DNA from: a virus
Taxonomy: Duplodnaviria; Caudoviricetes
Virus record (IMG/VR): IMGVR_UViG_3300025872_000101
Span: 1 to 42,886 of that record
DNA: 42,886 bases
Strand: one strand, 5' to 3'
Numbering within the stretch: position 1 is the stretch's first letter; each line of letters opens with the position of its first letter. The translations under genes and the position numbers were made by a program. Below the pieces are notes generated by a model. It saw only the letters and a list, made by a program, of their open reading frames with translations. It had not been told where the DNA came from and did not search any database. Below, one piece after another: positions 35,595 through 42,886 of the stretch.

Positions 35595-36644
35595 TTACGC
35601 GTTGTTAACTTCGAGCAAGTTCACGAAGTTCACACCAGCAGAAGCACCAGAGCAGATCAAGTCAGTTGGCAAAGCAACAAGCTTGGTTGAAGTCTGCATG
35701 GTCATGCTGATCTGACCGCAGTTGTTTGATACAATCAAGTCAACTGGGATGCCATAGCGAGGAGTGGTCAATGGGATGATCTCGAAGTTGCTGGAAGCAC
35801 CGGAAGCAAGTGGGCTGAAAGAAGCTTCAGTTCCTACAGTGTAAACAAGCAACTGCATGGCTCCAAGTTGGGTCATCAAAGACAAGTTGTTGGAAGCGAA
35901 AGCATCAACAATATAAGGATCCCAAGCAACCACTTTGCCATAGCGGCCCATGATGCCCATAAGATCCATGCCATCAGTTCCGCAGCAACCTACATTCAAC
36001 AGGTCAGTTGAAAGGTAAAGTTCAGAACCACCGAAGATTCCGATAGGAGCGCAGTAACCAGTCTGCTTTGCAGCAAGGTCGATTTCAGGCAAGAAGTAAG
36101 GGTTCAAAGCAGTGCCATTTTTGGTAGCTACTTGCTTAACAGCACCAGTCACATTGGATACATCAGAAGCCCAACCGCCTACCAAAGCAACTGATTCTTC
36201 AGCTGTCTTTTGAGCGATTTTCTGTTCGATGGCACCAGCCATTGCGTTCAAACGAGCAGCGATGAAGTCTTGGTTTGAACGGCAGATGGTAGCCAAATCA
36301 TATACGGAGTAAGATTCGCCGTATTTAACTTTTTGGCAGATATCCATTGAGTATTCAGCGGAGTTGTCACCACCTTGGTTGGTAGCGGCACAGTCCAAGT
36401 TGCACTCAGTTACCTCTTCTACATTGGCAACTGGAATGCCTGAATCGTAGCGAAGGATTACAGTACGAGTTTTGGCACCACCTGGGTTAACAACCTGGTT
36501 GATACCTGATACATTCTCAGGAGAGGTCAACATGCCCAAGAAAGCCGAATCGCGGCCAAGGGTAGCGACATTACAAGTGGTGAAGTAAGAATTTAGCTCA
36601 AGCTGCACATCAGGGCAAGCGAGCAGAGTTGAAGAACATGACAT
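35595..36644 (-). CDS. Probable major capsid protein
   Basis: 349 aa after scaffold gene; own promoter and terminator. Confidence 0.75.
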   Translation of the reverse strand: MSCSSTLLACPDVQLELNSYFTTCNVATLGRDSAFLGMLTSPENVSGINQVVNPGGAKTRTVILRYDSGIPVANVEEVTECNLDCAATNQGGDNSAEYSMDICQKVKYGESYSVYDLATICRSNQDFIAARLNAMAGAIEQKIAQKTAEESVALVGGWASDVSNVTGAVKQVATKNGTALNPYFLPEIDLAAKQTGYCAPIGIFGGSELYLSTDLLNVGCCGTDGMDLMGIMGRYGKVVAWDPYIVDAFASNNLSLMTQLGAMQLLVYTVGTEASFSPLASGASSNFEIIPLTTPRYGIPVDLIVSNNCGQISMTMQTSTKLVALPTDLICSGASAGVNFVNLLEVNNA

Positions 36645-36742
36645 GGTTTAGTATGGATTTAAATGTTTAGAATAAGTTGATTTTGCCCGATATTGCCGTG
36701 GCTTGCAACAAATCCACACTATTGCAGTGGCACGCACCGATG

Positions 36743-36750
36743 CAAATATA
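36743..36750 (-). promoter_or_regulatory. TATATTTG promoter element for the capsid gene
   Basis: TAnnTTTG consensus, intergenic. Confidence 0.7.
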
Positions 36751-36753
36751 ATG

Positions 36754-36780
36754 AAAAAGGCCGTGATTTCTCACAGCCTT
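36754..36780 (-). terminator. Intrinsic terminator after the scaffold gene
   Basis: AAGGCTGTGA-GAAA-TCACGGCCTT-TTT. Confidence 0.7.
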
Positions 36781-36801
36781 CCAACCATTAATTAAATTGC
36801 A

Positions 36802-37662
36802 CTACTTAGAAGCCCTAGGATGTATGCGCTTTCCTGCCGCCATTGCCGGTGCCTGTTGGTTCGGCATGGGTCTAGGATTGCGGTTGCCAAGACCGAAGCC
36901 TTGGTTCATGACTGGTACCTGTGGAGCAGGTTTGCCAGCATGTGGGTTGGTTTCGCCAAGTCCAAGCTCGTTCACTATCTCCTGCATGGCCTCTTCGGCA
37001 GGCATGAAATCTCCAGCCTTGACCTTGGATTTGATGCGCTCACCATTAGCGTTCATGATGATCAATGAGCCTGTATCATCCATGTCGAATTTTAGGCGGT
37101 TCTTGAGGATAGACTCGAATCCTGCACGCTCTGCCTCGTTTATCTTGGCTCGAAGCTTCAGTGATTCCTTGGCTTTTGCCACTTTATAGTCAATCTCCTT
37201 CTGCTTCATTGCAGTGGAAATGTCGGACTTGTATTTTTCAAACTCCTCGCCAGTGCTTTTCCAAGCTGCTTTGATGTCGTTTTTTTCTTTCTCAATTTTT
37301 TGGATACGCGTTTCGTATTCGCGTAACCGTTCATCTGATCCAAGTGCGGAGGATTTTTTGACATCTTCGATTTGGTTTATATAGGTTCCCTTCAGCTTGT
37401 TCATGCCAAGAGCAAACAGTTCCTCATTCTTTTTGATGGTCTTGGTTTCCTCTTCGGTGATTTCAATGCCTTCCTCCTTGAACATCTGCCTGATCTTGGT
37501 CATTTGGCTTCCCATCACCTTGCCAGTGATGGCTGATGTCAGGTCAGGATCCTTGACCACATTTTCTTTAAGTACGAACTTTTGTTGGAATTGCTCCTTG
37601 AATTGGTCGAAGTTTTCCGCTTCGATTCCTGCGAACTCATTCAGCTGCTTCAGGTCTATCAT
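36802..37662 (-). CDS. Probable capsid scaffolding protein
   Basis: Charged coiled coil with Pro/Gly-rich tail, just upstream of the capsid gene. Confidence 0.7.
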   Translation of the reverse strand: MIDLKQLNEFAGIEAENFDQFKEQFQQKFVLKENVVKDPDLTSAITGKVMGSQMTKIRQMFKEEGIEITEEETKTIKKNEELFALGMNKLKGTYINQIEDVKKSSALGSDERLREYETRIQKIEKEKNDIKAAWKSTGEEFEKYKSDISTAMKQKEIDYKVAKAKESLKLRAKINEAERAGFESILKNRLKFDMDDTGSLIIMNANGERIKSKVKAGDFMPAEEAMQEIVNELGLGETNPHAGKPAPQVPVMNQGFGLGNRNPRPMPNQQAPAMAAGKRIHPRASK

Positions 37663-37936
37663 TTGTAGTTTGTTTTGGTTTCCGACTTTTCTTCTTTGGT
37701 TCTTCGGATGTCGGTTGCTCCGATGTTAGGGTATCAACAGTCGGCTCAGCTGGAGCTGTCTGATTGGTTTCAAGAATCACATATCTGTTCTCGCTTACCT
37801 GCACGATTTCTCTTGGTGGCGTTTCAATAAGCACCCATCCACCCGATGCCATGCGAGCAGGATTGTTGTAGATGGATGGTGGAAGCATGGCCACCCGACC
37901 TGTCTTCATGCTTGTTGCTTTCTTTAGATGGTTCAT
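37637..37936 (-). CDS. Hypothetical protein (99 aa)
   Basis: Start at MNHLKK downstream of the promoter; basic/low-complexity tail. Confidence 0.55.
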   Translation of the reverse strand: MNHLKKATSMKTGRVAMLPPSIYNNPARMASGGWVLIETPPREIVQVSENRYVILETNQTAPAEPTVDTLTSEQPTSEEPKKKSRKPKQTTNDRPEAAE

Positions 37937-37954
37937 AAAGGGGTGATTTTTATG

Positions 37955-37962
37955 CAAATATA
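37955..37962 (-). promoter_or_regulatory. TATATTTG promoter element
   Basis: TAnnTTTG consensus. Confidence 0.65.
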
Positions 37963-37999
37963 AGTAACAAAGATACTATTTTATGATTATAATTGTGAT

Positions 38000-38089
38000 A
38001 TGAAATATATCAAGGATAAATTTGATGGATGTTTCTGGCCCATAGTAGTAACGGCTTGCGTTATCATTTGGTGGTGGATCATCACATGA
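38000..38089 (+). CDS. 29-aa hydrophobic peptide MKYIKDKFDGCFWPIVVTACVIIWWWIIT
   Basis: Hand-translated; ATGA-coupled to the next small ORF. Confidence 0.45.
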   Translation: MKYIKDKFDGCFWPIVVTACVIIWWWIIT

Positions 38090-38166
38090 TACTATCATAT
38101 TGCCTATTCATGCTATGTTTGGCATTGCTATGCTTTGACCAAATCAGCATCAGAAGAAAAAAGTAA
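38086..38166 (+). CDS. 26-aa hydrophobic peptide MILSYCLFMLCLALLCFDQISIRRKK
   Basis: Hand-translated; TM segment plus basic tail. Confidence 0.45.
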   Translation: MILSYCLFMLCLALLCFDQISIRRKK

Positions 38167-38219
38167 TATATTTGTTCCGTTTGGTTGTTTGTGATTGGCC
38201 GCCCCGTAAGGCGGCTTTT
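38167..38219 (+). ncRNA. Candidate small RNA of about 40 nt (promoter plus terminator)
   Basis: TATATTTG at 38167-38174; GCCGCC-CCGTAA-GGCGGC-TTTT at 38198-38219. Confidence 0.4.
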
Positions 38220-39156
38220 ATAATCCAAGCAAATCAGCCTCGGTCTGAGTGGGTTCAAAACCCCACTTTTGTATGGCTTCCCTAACCACAGTTTCAGGCA
38301 CTCTGCGAATCGATACAGGTATAATCGAGTGTCGGCAGTTGTAACCACCGGCATAGGAATAGATGGTCTTGGAATTTGTTCCAGGTATTTGGCCTGTCCA
38401 TTGACCACTGCTTACTCCACCACCACTATAATCTGAGGTCGGCCAATCTTCAATCTCTTTGTAGTAAAAATATTTATTATGCCTATTTGAGCAGAACGGT
38501 CTTGTGGTTTCTATCTCACTGCCCGAATAAAAGAACCATTCAGCTTCCAATTCCTCACTGACCGCACTGGTATAATTCCTATCGGCAATGGCGAAGGTAT
38601 CATGGGCAATCTGCTTGTTATACTGCAAAAGCTTTCCATCGACTTCCTCATCACCAGTGACAATGGTCTGAAGCTGCCTGACCGTTTCCGTGAAACCTGC
38701 ATTGGAGCTGATGGCGGTTTCGATATTCTCTCGAACCACATCGGCGAAGCGTTGGTTTCCGATGGCATTGACAAGCAAGTCAACCGCGTTTCGCTGGGTG
38801 GTTCTCAGCAGTTGTTGACTTACAGGTCTGGGAGTGAAATCATCAAAAGTCTTGGCGAATAAGTCATTACTGACTTTCGCTTGTTCACCCATCTGCTTGG
38901 CATACTCACTAACCGCCGTGATGTATTCCGAATCGGAAAGAATCTGCTGCACCAATTGCTTCACATCGGAAGCCAAGGCAAGGTTGGAACTATTCAAAAC
39001 CAAATTACCTGCCGAGTCAACAGTGAGCTGCCGAAGTATGTCCACAATCTGTGGGAATAGCTTCTTCTGGGCTATCTCTACCTGAGTTAAATACTCATCT
39101 GGAACGGTGGTGAGCCGCCGCGTTTTCTCAGCTATCAGCTCACTAATCGTTGCCAT
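38218..39156 (-). CDS. Minor capsid / head morphogenesis protein (SPP1 gp7-like)
   Basis: TTRPFC...AGGYNCRHSIIP; follows the portal gene. Confidence 0.75.
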   Translation of the reverse strand: MATISELIAEKTRRLTTVPDEYLTQVEIAQKKLFPQIVDILRQLTVDSAGNLVLNSSNLALASDVKQLVQQILSDSEYITAVSEYAKQMGEQAKVSNDLFAKTFDDFTPRPVSQQLLRTTQRNAVDLLVNAIGNQRFADVVRENIETAISSNAGFTETVRQLQTIVTGDEEVDGKLLQYNKQIAHDTFAIADRNYTSAVSEELEAEWFFYSGSEIETTRPFCSNRHNKYFYYKEIEDWPTSDYSGGGVSSGQWTGQIPGTNSKTIYSYAGGYNCRHSIIPVSIRRVPETVVREAIQKWGFEPTQTEADLLGL

Positions 39157-41051
39157 TAGATGCCTGCTACTATGTTGCTAACTAAGGATTGAGCGTTGAA
39201 AGGAGCAGCGGTAGTTAACTGGATATTGGCTGCGATATTTTTGGCACGCTCCACCAATTGAGCCAACTGAGTATCGAAGTCCTGCTCAAAGAATGCAGGA
39301 TTCTCCATCATCAAAGTATTAACCAAGTTAATTGCCGAATCATGCAGGACCACTTCCCATTTATCCACCAAGCCTTTGGAAAGCTTAAGATTTATCTCAT
39401 CCAAGGTCATGGTCAAGAGTCGGTCAGCCTGACTGATCAAACTGAATATCTGCTGGCCTTGCACATCAGGATAATAAAGAGTCTGCAAGTATTTATAGAT
39501 GATAGACTGAATAACGAATGGAGGCTGCTTGGCCATGATGGCTTCATTGATCTGAGCCAAATAATCCGATTCAAGGTAGAAATCATAATTCACAGGTCGC
39601 TTGATAGTAGGCTGTCGATAATTCTCACCATATCGCATCAATCCAACCATATCGATGCACCATTGGTACATATCAAACAGCTGCATACAGTTCTGTTTGA
39701 TTCCAGCGATGAGTGCCTTTTGGTCAGATGCCGCCTCGGTAGCTGTGATGCCTTCACCGCCTTGGACCTTGTTATTGGTTTTCTTGAGGTGTAGAATCTC
39801 ATAGGCTTGGTTCATGTTATGGGCAATCTCCTCACGCAGAAATCGAGGCGTTTCAGTGGATGGAGCTGCGTAGAATATAGCTGAATCAGGGCTGATGTTA
39901 TCGCCTTGGGAAGTATTGGTCTGAGGCTTTATGAGCAAGGTTCCATAAGGACTGATTCTGTCCTTCAATCCTGAGCCGTTACATTCTGGACACATCGACT
40001 TGCCACCATCCATTCGGTAATGCCAGCCACCATCACAGGTCAGATTCTCGCCATCCACCTTGATTTGGAACTGACAAGGATCGCCAATCATGACTCGGTA
40101 AGGATAGGTGCAGGTCGGCTTGATTCCACGAAGCAAAGCGGCATCCAACAGAACCTCATCCAATACATCAGTAGCGTATAGGAACGGAGACTGTTGCATC
40201 ATGGTCTCATCGATTTGGATGCTGATACCATCCACGCGCTTAACAGGAACCATTCCAGTGGCGTGGTTGAACCATTCGATTATCTCGAATTGATTGTCAA
40301 CCTTCTTTCCTACTTGGATGGCCTTGTATATCCATTGGTCATCAAAAATGAGATAAACCATCCCATCCATGACCATCTTGTTATTGTACTCAACCTCGCT
40401 GCGCTCTTCGCTTTCTATCACCGCATATTCCTCATCATAAGCCAGCACGCGAGTAGTATGGTAGAACTTGGTGTAAGGCTCAACCAAGGCATCTGGGTTA
40501 AGCACTTCCTCGCCTTCAATCTCAACCGTGTCAAGTTCATACGGCATCACCACCACCACTCCCATTGCATCCATGAGCTTCAATGGAGGCAGGAAGGTGA
40601 ACACGAATTGATCCAAGCTGCCATATTCCGGGAACTCGGAGTCTAGGTAACGCGCTAGGGTAGTATCGGTGTTGACATACTGATCTGCATCAGGCGTGTA
40701 GGTGATGCTCCAGTTATTCTCATGGTAAGCTCGGCCATAGGTATCAACCATGTCTTTGAACACTTGGAGAGTGGTCTGCTTGAAGTTCGCCTTCACATAT
40801 TCATACTCCTTGGGAGTCTGATTTGGCGCGTTCTTGGCGAATAGTTCGTAGGGGAATACCCCTTTCTGAGCATGTATCCTGATTTGATCGAGCCATTTAG
40901 CCGATAGGTTGTAACCAGGATAATAACTAGGCAAGTGGTGGCCATGGTCATCATCCTGCCGAAACAAGGTGATTCCTTTGGACTTCTGCCCTTTATTGCG
41001 TATCGATGTCAATTCATCGACCAAATAGGATAACTGCTCAGGGGTCAACAT
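39156..41051 (-). CDS. Portal protein with internal CxxCxGxG motif
   Basis: 631 aa, first gene of the head module, upstream of the gp7-like gene. Confidence 0.75.
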   Translation of the reverse strand: MLTPEQLSYLVDELTSIRNKGQKSKGITLFRQDDDHGHHLPSYYPGYNLSAKWLDQIRIHAQKGVFPYELFAKNAPNQTPKEYEYVKANFKQTTLQVFKDMVDTYGRAYHENNWSITYTPDADQYVNTDTTLARYLDSEFPEYGSLDQFVFTFLPPLKLMDAMGVVVVMPYELDTVEIEGEEVLNPDALVEPYTKFYHTTRVLAYDEEYAVIESEERSEVEYNNKMVMDGMVYLIFDDQWIYKAIQVGKKVDNQFEIIEWFNHATGMVPVKRVDGISIQIDETMMQQSPFLYATDVLDEVLLDAALLRGIKPTCTYPYRVMIGDPCQFQIKVDGENLTCDGGWHYRMDGGKSMCPECNGSGLKDRISPYGTLLIKPQTNTSQGDNISPDSAIFYAAPSTETPRFLREEIAHNMNQAYEILHLKKTNNKVQGGEGITATEAASDQKALIAGIKQNCMQLFDMYQWCIDMVGLMRYGENYRQPTIKRPVNYDFYLESDYLAQINEAIMAKQPPFVIQSIIYKYLQTLYYPDVQGQQIFSLISQADRLLTMTLDEINLKLSKGLVDKWEVVLHDSAINLVNTLMMENPAFFEQDFDTQLAQLVERAKNIAANIQLTTAAPFNAQSLVSNIVAGI

Positions 41052-41125
41052 TAGAACTTGGGTTTAGTGGGTGGCTTCGGCCTAGTCCTAGGCTTACTAC
41101 CTCCGCAAGATGAACATCCTTTCAT
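41051..41125 (-). CDS. 24-aa peptide MKGCSSCGGSKPRTRPKPPTKPKF
   Basis: Hand-translated; ATGA overlap upstream and TAATG overlap with the portal start. Confidence 0.55.
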   Translation of the reverse strand: MKGCSSCGGSKPRTRPKPPTKPKF

Positions 41126-41898
41126 GATAGTGTAGTTATATAAGAGTTAGTGAGGTCAACCGTTGTGCCTGTTCCGAGCAATGTCTTGGCAGGTATGGGA
41201 TAGTTATATCGGCTGCGGCGCAACTGTTGCCAATTTTGCAACACTGGCCTGTAACCTTTATAATACTTGCTTTTGAATTCAACATCTTGCTCAAAGTAAT
41301 AGGAGTAGTGATGATACTTTTGCGGTAAGACCTTGTAGCCATCCTGCCCTTCCATGATTGGTGGTTCGTGGGTAATGAACTTCTGTCCATGCCACCACCA
41401 CAATCGTGTACTAATGCCATCGCCCCAAGATCCTTTCCCCACCAACTGTCTGCCATCGCTATCCTTGCAAAGATAATGATAAAATTGAAAGCCTCCAGCA
41501 GTATTTGAGCCACTACCAAGCATAGTTTCAGCCTCGGTCAAGTCCGATTCAGTCCAATGCTCATCGGCATCCACCTGCCAAAGCCATCCATCAGGATTGC
41601 CTTGTAGTAATTCGATTCCTTTGTTTACCTGCGCATCCTTGCTAGGCCATCCTGTTTGGGATGTGGCAAATAAGACTTTTGTCGGATATTGACTTGCCAA
41701 ATTTTGACAAGTCTCAATTGTTCCATCGTTGGATTGCGATAAAGGTCTAATTGAAGTACACCACGCCGTTGAGCCACCATTCCTGCTGAAGCCCTCCACA
41801 ATCACCCACTTGTCGAACATGGAAACCATGCGCTCGGCAAAGTCCTTGTGAAGCAGATGGTGCTTGGCGTTGTAAACTATGGTTAAGGCGTACCTCAT
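41122..41898 (-). CDS. GT-A fold (GT2-like) glycosyltransferase
   Basis: IVEG...SNDGT, WLWQVDADEHW, HEPP, HHYSY motifs; start at MRYALT (ATGA overlap). Confidence 0.8.
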   Translation of the reverse strand: MRYALTIVYNAKHHLLHKDFAERMVSMFDKWVIVEGFSRNGGSTAWCTSIRPLSQSNDGTIETCQNLASQYPTKVLFATSQTGWPSKDAQVNKGIELLQGNPDGWLWQVDADEHWTESDLTEAETMLGSGSNTAGGFQFYHYLCKDSDGRQLVGKGSWGDGISTRLWWWHGQKFITHEPPIMEGQDGYKVLPQKYHHYSYYFEQDVEFKSKYYKGYRPVLQNWQQLRRSRYNYPIPAKTLLGTGTTVDLTNSYITTLS

Positions 41899-42533
41899 TT
41901 GATATAATAAATGCGACTGCCAAAGCCCTGGTCTGTTGACCAAATTAGGTCACAATCCACGGTCTTGAGGCTTTCACATGTTTGGTAATGCTTGACATGG
42001 TTGGTATCATCCAAGGCCAAATAGAAGCCTGGTTCCACGCGATCCATCAGATATCTGAACTCCTGTAATCCCATGTGGCCTGCGCTGTCAAGGATAACTA
42101 AATCAGGCTTGAAGTCAAGCTTGGCCAAGACATAATGAAGCAATCCATCAGCTCCCTTGAAGTTTATTTCCTGTTTGTAAAGTAGCTCTCGGTTATGGTC
42201 CAAATGATCAATGACAATGTGATCAGGCACATCGAAAGTAACAGAAGTGGGGATATCAGAACGCCCAATAGAAAGCCCAAGCAGGAAGTTAATGGGCGTA
42301 TTGCGATGACGCTTTCGAGCGATTTCGTAATGCCTCGGATTAACCTCGATACTCCAGACTTGCTCATCTCCCACCAAAGCATCAGCGATGGCTTGAGTAG
42401 TACCCTCACCGAGATAGCTGCCAGTCTCAATGATTCGCTGAAGCTTCTTGGTTCGGATGAGGTTGGTGATGGCATCTCTGAAGTCATTGTGCGCTCCCAT
42501 GCCATTCGGCATCAGGTGCTGTGCTATCTGCAT
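41895..42533 (-). CDS. SAM-dependent methyltransferase, allele B
   Basis: Same motifs as 370-1008; about 24 of 212 residues differ by my count. Confidence 0.8.
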   Translation of the reverse strand: MQIAQHLMPNGMGAHNDFRDAITNLIRTKKLQRIIETGSYLGEGTTQAIADALVGDEQVWSIEVNPRHYEIARKRHRNTPINFLLGLSIGRSDIPTSVTFDVPDHIVIDHLDHNRELLYKQEINFKGADGLLHYVLAKLDFKPDLVILDSAGHMGLQEFRYLMDRVEPGFYLALDDTNHVKHYQTCESLKTVDCDLIWSTDQGFGSRIYYIK

Positions 42534-42754
42534 TTCATTATTTTTTTCATGGTTTCGTATGAGCAATTCACCTGCATTGAATCTCCATTGATGAACATGA
42601 TCAATACCACCTCATCATTGTTATCGTTATAGGATTTATGGAATGAATAGACATTATCCAATGCCACCATGGCTTTGGAGTCTGTGAACTTATCAATTCC
42701 CATCTCATCAAGCTTCTTATCGCTTAAAGTTATATCAAACTCTTGCCATATCAT
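42524..42754 (-). CDS. Hypothetical protein (76 aa), allele B
   Basis: Near-identical to 999-1229. Confidence 0.75.
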   Translation of the reverse strand: MIWQEFDITLSDKKLDEMGIDKFTDSKAMVALDNVYSFHKSYNDNNDEVVLIMFINGDSMQVNCSYETMKKIMKCR

Positions 42755-42886
42755 ATCGTTGCCAGTTTTTAGTCAGTATGGTCCTATCGGATTGATGCGG
42801 AACCTTGTCTGTAATATAGTAATGAAGCTCGGCATTTGTATCAATGGCATCGACAAAGTTCGCCAAGCTCGAATCTATGCAATGGA
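42735..42886 (-). CDS. C-terminal end of the multi-domain glycosyltransferase (partial)
   Basis: Matches 1210-1361. Confidence 0.8.
   Translation of the reverse strand, partial: HCIDSSLANFVDAIDTNAELHYYITDKVPHQSDRTILTKNWQRYDMARV

Larger units (their letters stand above)
41526..42886 (+). repeat. Imperfect terminal direct repeat, right copy
   Basis: Colinear with 1-1361. Confidence 0.95.

Noticed and set aside
38082-38408. 108-aa minus-strand ORF
   Set aside because: Overlaps the minor capsid gene out of frame and crosses a terminator; plus-strand features explain the region better

Overview
The window is an apparently complete, circularly permuted genome of a tailed (siphovirus-like) phage, unit length about 41,525 bp. 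The host is probably in Bacteroidota: there are TAnnTTTG promoters, A/C-rich leaders without Shine-Dalgarno sites and a DUF3127-type SSB. Positions 1-1361 and 41526-42886 are colinear but diverged copies of one locus. Most genes are on the minus strand, in circular order: recombination/replication genes, AT-rich putative origin, VRR-NUC, terS, a tRNA-like element, terL, tail chaperone with a -1 slippery site, tape measure, tail/fibre genes, major tail protein, glycosyltransferase/methyltransferase cassette, portal, head and neck genes, holin/spanin-like genes. A rightward operon carries HTH regulators, spanin-like genes, gmd-fcl (GDP-L-fucose synthesis) and an M15 endolysin. I found no integrase, DNA polymerase, reverse transcriptase or CRISPR array. 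The best candidate for a new system is a phage-encoded fucosylation/methylation pathway wired into the virion operon. Other leads are the tRNA-like spacer between terS and terL, recurrent kissing-loop leader RNAs, and an antisense island with two micropeptides and a candidate sRNA. All calls come from motif recognition and gene context by eye; no searches were run.
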